The notes: generated by a model not told the origin, from the sequence alone. 24,045 bases of DNA from Octopus sinensis (GCF_006345805.1 NW_021836471.1:1-24045), one strand, 5' to 3'; positions 11,757-22,130 are shown, counted from the first letter of the stretch. Program-made: numbers and translations.

Positions 11757-11758
<2 letters not shown>
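11297..11758 (-). pseudogene. Decayed C-terminus (restriction-like endonuclease) of an R4/Dong-type non-LTR retrotransposon
   Basis: Hand translation across frameshifts and stops: RHDRVSSYIYWTI / RHYIIKADKKL*KHMPNKV...ATIIWNILIRTDKEIKTNCPDIIIKD / CLL...PSD*NMANKEVKKLSK*K / VKTIPVIIGALDMIK / PGPSKLHSIQRIGTACILRKTL. The RH(D/N), PD and P(V/I)IIGALG motifs are typical of RLE-bearing LINEs. Confidence 0.8.
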
Positions 11759-11851
<93 letters not shown>

Positions 11852-12220
11852 CCCTCTTCTCTGTCACGTGACTGTTGGCCGAAATCTGCCTTTCAGCTCC
11901 AGACCCTCGTCGTGTTAACATCGTTGTTTTTCGTCCGCCGCTATAAAGGCTTTTTCCAATGCGCCAGAGAAAAAATTTGTTTGCTTGTTATCAGTCGTAA
12001 GACACTTGTTGTTTTCACCGTTAATGCTTCTGTATTTCATGTTTCTGTATTCCATTATTGTTTTTTATTTTTTTTTTTTTTTTTTATTTTTTTTTTATAT
12101 CTGTCCCTTTTGCTGTCCTGGTGTTCGTATGCATTCGATCCTTCTTCCAGGAATCTACGCTTCCAGCTTAGTTTTTCTAATGCTCGTTGCTTAGTTTTTC
12201 TTGGAGGGCTGGCCGTGATC

Positions 12221-12283
12221 TAGTAATCTCAAGATTAATCAGCCGAAATTACTACGATGATCCGGTTCTTGACTGAAGACTGA
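12221..12283 (+). ncRNA. Candidate non-circularly permuted hammerhead ribozyme, unit 1
   Basis: UAGUAAU-C-UCAAGA ... UCAG-CC-GAAA-UUACUA ... UCUUGA-CUGAAGA-CUGA; stem III 12221-27/12248-54, stem I 12229-34/12267-72, stem II 12239-42/12280-83; predicted cut 3' of C12228. Confidence 0.55.
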
Positions 12284-13070
12284 GGGGTCGAATGTCCTGT
12301 CCATGTTTTTATTGTATCGTCTTCTAAGAGTTATACGTTCTTGTCCATGTTGTATTTTTCTACATACCTTAACATATATTCCAGGCGCCCCGTACCCCCC
12401 TTATCATTAATGTGAACACATATTCTTAATAATTGGTACGACTCTCTGTTTGTCTCTCTCTCTCTCTCTCATTTTTACTTGATCTGTCCCCCTCTCTCTC
12501 TCTTTTCTCTCTATTCATCTTCTCTTTCCTCTGATCCTTTGGTCTAGTCTTCCACTACCCTCCTATTTCTTTGTCTCGCTCTGCACTCACAGGTCATTCT
12601 TCGACACCCATCCCTTCTCCTCTCTAATTCCTTCTTTCTCTCTCTTCTCTCTCTTTGTTGCGTTTTGTCCCCCTTCTCTCTCTCTCTTCCTTTGCTTCTC
12701 TTTCTTTTCTTTTCCCTCTTCTCTGTCACGTGACTGTTGGCCGAAATCTGCCTTTCAGCTCCTGACCCTCGTCGTGTTAACATCGTTGTTTTTCGTCCGC
12801 CGCTATAAAGGCTTTTTCCAATGCGCCAGAGAAAAAATTTGTTTGCTTGTTATCAGTCGTAAGACACTTGTTGTTTTCACCGTTAATGCTTCTGTATTTC
12901 ATGTTTCTGTATTCCATTATTGTTTTTTTTTTTTTTTTTTTTTTTATATCTGTCCCTTTTGCTGTCCTGGTGTTCGTATGCATTCGATCCTTCTTCCAGG
13001 AAATCTACGCTTCCAGCTTAGTTTTTCTAATGCTCGTTGCTTAGTTTTTCTTGGAGGGCTGGCCGTGATC

Positions 13071-13133
13071 TAGTAATCTCAAGATTAATCAGCCGAAATT
13101 ACTACGATGATCCGGTTCTTGACTGAAGACTGA
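13071..13133 (+). ncRNA. Candidate permuted hammerhead, unit 2
   Basis: Identical to unit 1 over this span; predicted cut 3' of C13078. Confidence 0.55.
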
Positions 13134-13217
13134 GGGGTTCGAATGTCCTGTCCATGTTTATTGTATCGTCTTCTAAGAGTTATACGTTCTTGTCCATGTT
13201 GTATTTTTCTACATACC

Positions 13218-13248
<31 letters not shown>

Positions 13249-13361
13249 TCCAGGCGCCCCGTACCCACCTTATCATTAATGTGAGCACATATTCTTAATA
13301 ATTGGTACGACTCTCTTTTTGTCTCCCTCTCTCTCTCTCTTATTTTACTTGATCTGTCCCC

Positions 13362-13392
<31 letters not shown>

Positions 13393-13783
13393 ACTCATCC
13401 TCTTTTTCTCTTCTTTACCCTCCTATTTCTTTGTCTCGCTCTGCACTCACAGGTCATTCTTCGACACCCATCCCTTCTCCTCTCTGATCCCTTCTTTCTC
13501 TCTCTCTCTCTCTCTTTGTTGCGTTTTGTCCCTCGTCTCTCTCTCTCTTCCTTTGCTTCTCTTTCTTTTCTTTTCCCTCTTCTCTGTCACGTGACTGTTG
13601 GCCGAAATCTGCCTTTCAGCTCCTGACCCTCGTCGTGTTAACATCGTTGTTTTTCGTCCGCCGCTATAAAGGCTTCTTCCAATGCGCCAGAGAAAAAATT
13701 TGTTTGCTTGTTATCAGTCGTAAGACACTTGTTGTTTTCACCGTTAATGCTTCTGTATTTCATGTTTCTGTATTCCATTATTG

Positions 13784-13814
<31 letters not shown>

Positions 13815-13936
13815 TCTGTCCCTTTTGCTGTCCTGGTGTTCGTATGCATTCGATCCTTCTTCCAGGAAATCTACGCTTCCAGCTTAGTTTTTCTAATGCT
13901 CGTTGCTTAGTTTTTCTTGGAGGGCTGGCCGTGATC

Positions 13937-13999
13937 TAGTAATCTCGAGATTAATCAGCCGAAATTGCTACGATGATCTGGTTCTTGACTGAAGACTGA
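13937..13999 (+). ncRNA. Candidate permuted hammerhead, unit 3
   Basis: Two A>G differences inside stems I and III give G-U pairs; one C>T in the linker; predicted cut 3' of C13944. Confidence 0.55.
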
Positions 14000-14753
14000 G
14001 GGGTTCGAATGTCCTGTCCATGTTTGTTGTGTCGTCTTCTAGGAGTTATACGTTCTTGTCCATGTTGTATTTTTCTACATACCTTAACATATATTCCAGG
14101 CGCCCCGTACCCACCTTATCATTAATGTGAGCACATTTCTTAATAATTGGTACGACTCTCTTTTTGTCTCCTCTCTCTCTCATTTTTACTTGATCTGTCC
14201 CCCTCTCTCTCTCTCTCTCTCTTCTCTCTACTCATCCTCCTTTTCTCTTTCTTTACCCTCCTATTTCTTTGTCTCGCTCTGCACTCACAGGTCATTCTTC
14301 GACACCCATCCCTTCTCCTCTCTGATCCCTTCTTTCTCTCTTCTCTCTCTTTGTTGCGTTTCCCTCGTCTCTCTCTCTCTTCCTTTGCTTCTCTTTCTTT
14401 TCTTTTCCCTCTTCTCTGTCACGTGACTGTTGGCCGAAATCTGCCTTTCAGCTCCTGACCCTCGTCGTGTTAACATCGTTGTTTTTCGTCCGCCGCTATA
14501 AAGCTTCTTCCATGCGGCAGAGAAAAAATTTGTTTGCTTGTTATCAGTCGTAAGACACTTGTTGTTTTCACCGTTAATGCTTCTGTATTTCATGTTTCTG
14601 TATTCCATTATTGTTTTTTGTTTTTTTTATATCTGTCCTTTTTGCTGTCCTGGTGTTCGTATGCATTCGATCCTTCTTCCAGGAAATCTACGCTTCCAGC
14701 TTAGTTTTTCTAATGCTCGTTGCTTAGTTTTTCTTGGAGGGCTGGCCGTGATC

Positions 14754-14816
14754 TAGTAATCTCGAGATTAATCAGCCGAAATTGCTACGATGATCCGGTT
14801 CTTGACTGAAGACTGA
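14754..14816 (+). ncRNA. Candidate permuted hammerhead, unit 4
   Basis: Same stem variants as unit 3; predicted cut 3' of C14761. Confidence 0.55.
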
Positions 14817-15018
14817 GGGGTTCGAATGTCCTGTCCATGTTTGTTGTGTCGTCTTCTAGGAGTTATACGTTCTTGTCCATGTTGTATTTTTCTACATACC
14901 TTAACATATATTCCAGGCGCCCCGTACCCACCTTATCATTAATGTGAGCACATATTCTTAATAATTGGTACGACTCTCTTTTTGTCTCCCTCTCTCTCTC
15001 ATTTTTACTTGATCTGTC

Positions 15019-15064
<46 letters not shown>

Positions 15065-15593
15065 CATCTCTTTTTCTCTCTTCTCTTTACCCTCCTATTT
15101 CTTTGTCTCGCTCTGCACTCACAGGTCATTCTTCGACACCCATCCCTTCTCCTCTCTGATCCCTTCTTTCTCTCTCTTCTCTCTCTTTGTTGCGTTTTGT
15201 CCCGTCCTCTCTCTCTCTTCCTTTGCTTCTCTTTCTTTTCTTTTCCCTCTTCTCTGTCACGTGACTGTTGGCCGAAATCTGCCTTTCAGCTCCTGACCCT
15301 CGTCGTGTTAACATCGTTGTTTTTCGTCCGCCGCTATAAAGGCTTCTTCCAATGCGCCAGAGAAAAAATTTGTTTGCTTGTTATCAGTCGTAAGACACTT
15401 GTTGTTTTCACCGTTAATGCTTCTGTATTTCATGTTTCTGTATTCCATTATTGTTTTTTGTTTTTTTTATATCTGTCCCTTTTGCTGTCCTGGTGTTCGT
15501 ATGCATTCGATCCTTCTTCCAGGAAGTCTACGCTTCCAGCTTAGTTTTTCTAATGCTCGTTGCTTAGTTTTTCTTGGAGGGCTGGCCGTGATC

Positions 15594-15656
15594 TAGTAAT
15601 CTCGAGATTAATCAGCCGAAATTGCTACGATGATCCGGTTCTTGACTGAAGACTGA
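15594..15656 (+). ncRNA. Candidate permuted hammerhead, unit 5
   Basis: Identical to unit 4 over this span; predicted cut 3' of C15601. Confidence 0.55.
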
Positions 15657-15740
15657 GGGGTTCGAATGTCCTGTCCATGTTTGTTGTGTCGTCTTCTAGG
15701 AGTTATACATTCTTGTCCATGTTGTATTTTTCTACATACC

Positions 15741-15788
<48 letters not shown>

Positions 15789-15917
15789 TATTCAGATTTG
15801 ACAAGGACTTATTACTATTATTGAAACACTGGCATGAATATAATCGAGTGGACCCTCACACCAAATTTCAGACCTTGTGCATTTAGTATAAACGATTATC
15901 ATCGTTATAACCCTTAT

Positions 15918-15928
15918 TATTATTATTA

Positions 15929-15975
<47 letters not shown>

Positions 15976-16060
15976 GGAATAAGAAGGAGAAAGAGATGAT
16001 GAAGAAGGAAAAGAAGGAGAAGAAGAAGAAGAAGAAAAAGAAGAAGAAGAAGAAGAAATA
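15918..16060. repeat. (ATT)n then (GAA)n microsatellites
   Basis: Directly visible. Confidence 0.9.
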
Positions 16061-16429
16061 CTTAGGAAGGAAGTCTAAATTAGAACGAACGTTATGTAGT
16101 TTGTAAGCGTAAGTGCCTCGAGGTAGGGGGGGGGCGAGGGGAATTTTTTTCTTCCTTTTGCAAATCTCCTCCGTTTTTATCCGAGGAGAAAATGCAATAA
16201 AAATATAATAAAATAAGGATTAATTTTTCTTTTTTTACATCTTCGGATAAATTACATTGAGATGAAGTGATCAAATTTTCCAGCTTGTTGGTCTTTTAGA
16301 AGTCTCAGAATCTCTTTTGAGTTACTTTGGATTAATGGCATCCGTGAAAGAAATAACGATACAAAGACTATTACGTAGGAAGAAAATGGAGGATAAGTTG
16401 AGAATAGTGTAAGCATTTTAAAGGAACTA

Positions 16430-16830
16430 AAGATGAGAGAGAAAGGGAATGAATGGGAGGGGAGAAAGGGGAGGAGAATTGGAAGATCTATAAGAAGGTG
16501 AAGAAAAGGGAGGTGGATGCGGAGAGGATGGTTGTTGATTGTGTTGAGAGTGAGGATGGTGAAGATGACGACGGCAAAGAAGATAAAGATGAAGAAGAGG
16601 AGATGGAGGAGGAGGATAGGAATAGGAGGATGGATGATAAAGAAGAAAGAGATGGAAGAGGAAGCGGAGGAGGAAGGCAGGATGCTGATCAAGATGAGGA
16701 TGGTATTGGCGACGTTGATGATGACGAGGAAGAAGAGGAGGAAGATGTTGATGATGATTAAGATGATGATATAGAAGAAGAAGAAGAGGATGTGGAAGAT
16801 TAAAGAAAGTAGAAGGAAAAAAAGATGACG
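16430..16830. repeat. Purine-rich (GAG/GAA/GAT) low-complexity tract
   Basis: Directly visible; source of the acidic ORF 16453..16761. Confidence 0.8.
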
Positions 16831-17561
16831 ATGAAAACAAATAAAATAGATAATAAAAGACAGACAAAAATTAAGAACGTTAAAGGAAAGAAAAAAACTG
16901 AATAGAGAAGATAAGAGGAAGAAACGAAAGAAAATACAGTAATAAGAATTAAGAAAGAAATGAATAACTAAAAAGAAGAAAAATAAAGAAGAAAGATGAA
17001 AGAGATAAGGAAGAGTTATAATAAAAATAAAATAAATTCAAAACAAATTCAAAATAAATTCTGTATATACTTATTTACGATATTAAGTTTCAGAGAAAAA
17101 TTCTATTTCTTTTCGTTAAATAGTTTCATCTTAGTTGTTCACGTGATCTTATCTGTTTGTCGAATCTGCTGCTGCTGCTAAGGTTTGAACTGGTTCACTG
17201 GGCCACTAGGTACACATCCGAGTTCTTTGTATTGCAATATCCAGCTATTCATTCATGCATGCTAAAAAGAAAAAAAAAGAAAAGAAACGAAAAGAAAAAC
17301 ATCTATCGGTATTTCTGGCTCTTTTATAAGAAACCGTAGGTGGTGTAATTTTTGCTAAAAAAACCCCAAAAAACCCAAATGCCAAAAAAAGAAAAAATAT
17401 ATAAAAAAAGAAAATACCTAATTGGCACACATGTATGGCTTTAGCAAAGAAAGAAGAAGAGAAGGAGTAGCGCCTGATATATTTTGTTTTGCAGGGACTC
17501 TTGACAATGATGGTAGTGGTGACGGTGGTGTTGGGTGGGGGCAGGATCTGGTGCCATAGTC

Positions 17562-17666
17562 GTCATCATCATCACCATCATCATCATCATCACCACCACC
17601 ACCACCACCACCACCACCACCACCACCATCACCATCAATATCACCATCACCATCATCATCATCATC

Positions 17667-17712
<46 letters not shown>

Positions 17713-17821
17713 CCACCATCACCATCACCATCATCATCATCATCATCATCATCACCATCATCACCATCGCCATCATCATCATCATCATCATCAGCATCAT
17801 CGTCATCACCACCACCACCAC
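17562..17821. repeat. (CAT)n/(CAC)n microsatellite
   Basis: Directly visible. Confidence 0.95.
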
Positions 17822-17985
17822 CAGGGCGAAATGCTTAGCAGTATTTCGTCTATCGTTACGTTTTGAGTTCAAATTCCGCCGAGGTCGACTTTGCCTTTTA
17901 TCCTTTCGGGCTCGATTAAATAAGTACCAGTTAAGCACTGGCGTCGATATAATCGACTTAATCCGTTTGTCTGTCCTTGTTTGTA
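17822..17985 (+). mobile_element. SINE family B, truncated at both ends
   Basis: Reverse-complement match to about 3205-3366. Confidence 0.85.
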
Positions 17986-18094
17986 CTGAGCAGAATATTT
18001 GCTGTAGCCCATCTTTTATACCAAGACATAAATACATAACACTTCCAATCATTTAAGACCAGAAGCCACGAAAGCCTCTGCTTGGTATTGCATC
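17984..18094 (-). mobile_element. Family X fragment
   Basis: Matches about 18665-18760 and 19503-19611. Confidence 0.7.
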
Positions 18095-18231
18095 ATCATC
18101 ATCATCATCATCTCATCATCATCATCATCTCATCATCATCATCATCACATCATCATCATCACCATCATCATCATCACCATCATCATCATCACCATCATCA
18201 TCATCATTATTATTATTATTATTATTATTAT

Positions 18232-18759
18232 TGAGTGAGGGAGCAGTGCATGCCATCAAAGTGACACTGGATACAAATATATGAAGCCCAGTATACCCAT
18301 CATGACTACCCGTCTGATAAGGGTACACCAGGCATATGCATCACAACCATAAGTGCGCTACATGGTGATCTCATATCAAGATAAACAGCGCATGACCTTG
18401 CAGGTGGGGCCCAGTTAGAATTTTCTTCTGGTTGAGTAACCCATCCCGCTCAGCTGGTCCCTGAATAAGGATTGTTTAAAGATGTTGAACGAACCATCCA
18501 TGTTTCCAGGGGTGAATTATTCAAACCCCAAAGAATTCCTCTCAACACATGGCTATGATGCTCCCCGACTACTTCTGCTCATGATCAGAGATGCACATAT
18601 CATCAGCCACTAAGGGACATGCTCAACTGGTTAAGGTCAAACAACTGACAAGCAAATCTGTGGTATTGAGCAGAATATTTGCTGTAGCCCATCTTTTATA
18701 CCAAGACAACACAATGTACATGATAACACTTCCAATCAGTTAAGATCAGAAGCCATGAG

Positions 18760-18760
<1 letters not shown>
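18232..18760 (-). mobile_element. Longest family X copy (non-coding, (AAT)n-tailed retroposon)
   Basis: Five homologous fragments in the window; on the minus strand the 3' end runs into (AAT)n at 18206-18231. Confidence 0.75.
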
Positions 18761-18836
<76 letters not shown>

Positions 18837-18958
18837 TACTATTACTATTATTATTATTATTGTTGTTATTATTATGATTATTATTATCATTATTATTATT
18901 ATTATTATTATTACTATTACTATTACTATTACTATCATCATCAACATCATCATCATCA

Positions 18959-18989
<31 letters not shown>

Positions 18990-19011
18990 TACTATTACTA
19001 TCATCATCATT

Positions 19012-19067
<56 letters not shown>

Positions 19068-19083
19068 CATCTCATCATCATCA

Positions 19084-19120
<37 letters not shown>

Positions 19121-19169
19121 TACTATTACTATCATCATCATCATCATCATCATTATTATTATTATTATT

Positions 19170-19204
<35 letters not shown>

Positions 19205-19242
19205 TATTATTATTATTATTATTATTATCATCATCATCATCA

Positions 19243-19279
<37 letters not shown>

Positions 19280-19288
19280 CATTATTAT
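18761..19288. repeat. (ATT)n/(ATC)n/(ACT)n compound microsatellite
   Basis: Directly visible. Confidence 0.95.
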
Positions 19289-19617
19289 TGAGTGACACTG
19301 GGGGTACAAATGTCCGAAGCTTAATATAGCCATCATGATTACCCGTCTGATAAGGTACACCAAACTCCACAAGATTCCTTTCAACACGTTGCTATGATGT
19401 TCCCCAAGTGCTTGTGCTCGGGATCAGAGATGCACATATCGTCAGCCACCAAGGGACATGCTCAACTGGTTAAGGTCAAACAACCGACAAGCAAATCTGT
19501 GGTATTGAGCAGAATATTTGCTGTAGCCTATCAAGACAAAACAATGTACATGATAACTCTTCCAATCAGTTAAGATCAGAAGCCACGAGACCCACTGCCC
19601 TGGTACTGCATCGGGGC
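19289..19617 (-). mobile_element. Family X copy with internal deletions
   Basis: Matches 18232-18760 but skips roughly 200 bp after GGTACAC; extends further to TGGTACTGCATCGGGGC. Confidence 0.75.
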
Positions 19618-19646
19618 TTTTATCATTATTATTATCATTATTATTA

Positions 19647-19708
<62 letters not shown>

Positions 19709-19958
19709 TATTATTATATTATTATTATTTTATGTTTGACTTTTGCTTTATATTTGTACAAGTTGGCTCCAAATCTCACCCAGGGACCTCAAGAGACCAC
19801 AGGTTGGAAGTTCATGTTGTTGTTATGCCTAGTGTGCCATATATTTGGTTTTGTATTTAGTGTTGTACTAGTGAATGTCTTAAAAAAAACATACGAAAAT
19901 TATGTTTGTTTTATAACTTGAGATTACATAGAAAGTATTTTGCATAGAAATATTATCA

Positions 19959-20033
<75 letters not shown>

Positions 20034-20269
20034 CTTCAACATCGTTATTGTTTTCTTCGAACGCTTCCCAAGATATTACTTATGACTTTAAGGGACAAGA
20101 CAAGACGAGTGATGGATGATTGAATACTTTCGCCTACCTGTGATGTCTCCCACCAAGAAACATGAAACGGGACAATATGTCACAGCCATGCAGTTAAAAA
20201 AGAAGAAAAACTAATAATAAACACTTGTTAAACACGTGATATAAGAGTTTATGAAAAAAAATGAAAATC

Positions 20270-20620
20270 AACCATCACCATCACCATCACCATCACCATA
20301 ATCATCAACACCACCATAACGATCACCACCACCACAACCATCACCATCACCATAACGGTCACCACCACCACAACCATCACCACCACTACCATCACCCTGT
20401 CGTCGTCATCGCGCTATCATCATCATCATGATCATCATTATTATCATCGTCGTCGTCGTATTCGTTGTCGTCGCGTCATCATCATCATCGTCACCACCGC
20501 CACCACCATAGCCACCACCATAGCCACCACCACCACCACCACCATCATCATTATCATCATCATCGCCATCATCTTCATCGTCATCATCGTCATTGTTGTC
20601 GTCGTTGTCATCATTATAGC
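20270..20620. repeat. (CAC)n/(CAT)n/(CGT)n tract
   Basis: Directly visible. Confidence 0.9.
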
Positions 20621-20664
20621 TATGTTCCACTTCATTCTCCTCTTCCTTCTCCTTTTCCTCTTCC

Positions 20665-20865
20665 CCCTCCTTCACCTCTTCGTCCTCCTTCACGTCTTCG
20701 TCCTCCTTCACCTCTTCGTCCTCCTTCACCTCTTCGTCCTCCTTCACCTCTTCTTCCTCTTCCTTCTCCTCTTCCTCCTCCTTCACCTCTTCGTCCTCCT
20801 TTACCTCTTCGTCCTCCTTCTCCTCTTCATCCTCCTTCTCCTCTTCATCCTCCTTCTCCTCTTCC
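20665..20865. repeat. 18-bp minisatellite (TCCTCCTTCACCTCTTCG), ~11 units, within a pyrimidine tract
   Basis: Units start at 20683, 20701, 20719, 20737, 20776, 20794, 20812, 20830 and 20848, plus flanking variants. Confidence 0.85.
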
Positions 20866-21302
20866 TCTCCTTCGTCGTCTTCCTCCTCTTCGTCGTCTTC
20901 CTCCTCATCTTCCTTCTCATCCTCTTCCTTCTCATCCTCCTCCTTCTCCTCTTCGTCCTCCCCCTCCTCTTCATCACTATAACGTGATATATAAAACATT
21001 AGACGTACGCAACCAGAACGCAGTTCCTGATAAGAACGACTCATAAAACAATATTTATTTCAAATAAAAACACACCCAAGTCTACATCTCTTTTTTTCTG
21101 TTAGTGTCAATAAAAATCTGATGACATTACGACGTGACGATGTGTTGACAACATTTAAACAACATCAATGATATTTGCATACTAATAATAATTGTAGGGT
21201 TTAGCGAGATGTGAATGATATTGTTTGTTTTCTTCTGTAGTGATGGTGATGATGGTGGTGGTTGGTGGTGAGGTTTGTCTTAGAAGAATCACTGTTATTT
21301 AG

Positions 21303-21350
21303 AACGGCAGGTGTTGCGGTATGGCGCTGGTATGGTTCCGGTACAGAGTG
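21303..21350 (+). CDS. Weak candidate 48-nt exon
   Basis: TTATTTAG acceptor, GTG|GTAAGT donor, GC-rich relative to flanks, open in all three frames; no homology recognised. Confidence 0.15.
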
Positions 21351-21552
21351 GTAAGTGCGATATCGTGTTGGTATTGTGTGATGTGCTATGATGTCTTCCA
21401 GTCTTGAAGAGCGTCTGATTGTCTGGTTTTAAGTAGAATCTGTTTACACCGACAAATTTGAATGTAGGAATAAAATATTTTAGACACCTACCTACCAAAA
21501 TAGCTATCAAACGAACATCATATACGTACCCATATATTAAAAAAAAATTCGA

Positions 21553-21719
21553 TATTCCGTCCACCCGAGATTCAGTCCACCCGATATTCCGTCCACCCGA
21601 CATTCCGTCTACCCGAGATTCCGTTCACCCGAGATTCCGTCCACCCAAGATTCCGTCCACCCGAGATTCCGTCCACCCAAGATTCCGTCCACCCGATATT
21701 CCGTCCACCCGACATTCCG
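21553..21719. repeat. 16-bp minisatellite NATTCCGTCCACCCGA, 10.4 units
   Basis: Exact 16-bp period from 21553 to 21713. Confidence 0.95.
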
Positions 21720-21899
21720 CACAAATGACAAACCCATAAGCTTATCAATCCAACTTCCAAAGTACCCGCGTAACTATCAGCACAAGATATCGCCTATCCT
21801 CATGGTTATGAACACATCCACCAAAGTCATACACATACACCCGGCATTTCAGCTATCCATATACGTTCGTAAGCATATATTTACCTACATATTTATCAG

Positions 21900-22130
21900 T
21901 CTACCTACCTACCAACCTACCTACCTACCTACCTACCTACCTACCTACCTACCTACCTACCTACCTACCTACCTACCTACCTATCTACTACCTACCTACC
22001 TACCTACCTACCTACCTACCTACCTGCCTACGTGCCTACCTACCTACCTACCTACTTACCTACATACCTACCTACCTACCTATCTACCTACCTATCCACC
22101 TACCTGCCCACCTACCTACTTACATACCTA
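21900..22130. repeat. (CCTA)n microsatellite
   Basis: Directly visible. Confidence 0.95.

Larger units (their letters stand above)
11850..15744 (+). repeat. Head-to-tail array of ~4.6 units (862, 861, 832, 838 bp plus ~500-bp partial) between (TA)n tracts; putative retrozyme/Penelope-like non-autonomous element
   Basis: Unit anchor TCCCTCTTCTCTGTCACGTGAC starts at 11851, 12713, 13574, 14406 and 15244; (TA)n at 11760-11849 and 15744-15791. The array is certain; its element class is inferred. Confidence 0.95.

Noticed and set aside
11872-11890. CTGTTGGCCGAAATC as a second hammerhead per array unit
   Set aside because: Two core mismatches and no supporting stems I or III.
12284-12300. CGAAUG as the J4/2 of an HDV-like ribozyme
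   Set aside because: I could not build the P1/P2/P3/P1.1 nested pseudoknot around it.
11753-15596. Recurring ORFs in the tandem array on either strand (e.g. MEYRNMKYRS..., MLTRRGSGAE...)
   Set aside because: Frames are broken differently between units by poly(T) and (CT)n length changes; no recognisable RT or GIY-YIG motif.
16252-16692. ORF ending ...SKEILRLLKDQQAGKFDHFISM as an exon
   Set aside because: The N-terminal two thirds are low-complexity, there is no convincing acceptor, and no homology is recognised.
20406-21044. 212-aa acidic ORF as a real gene
   Set aside because: Entirely low-complexity apart from ~20 N-terminal residues; no domain or splice evidence.
21553-21719. CRISPR-like array
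   Set aside because: Units are contiguous with no unique spacers, there are no cas genes, and the context is eukaryotic.
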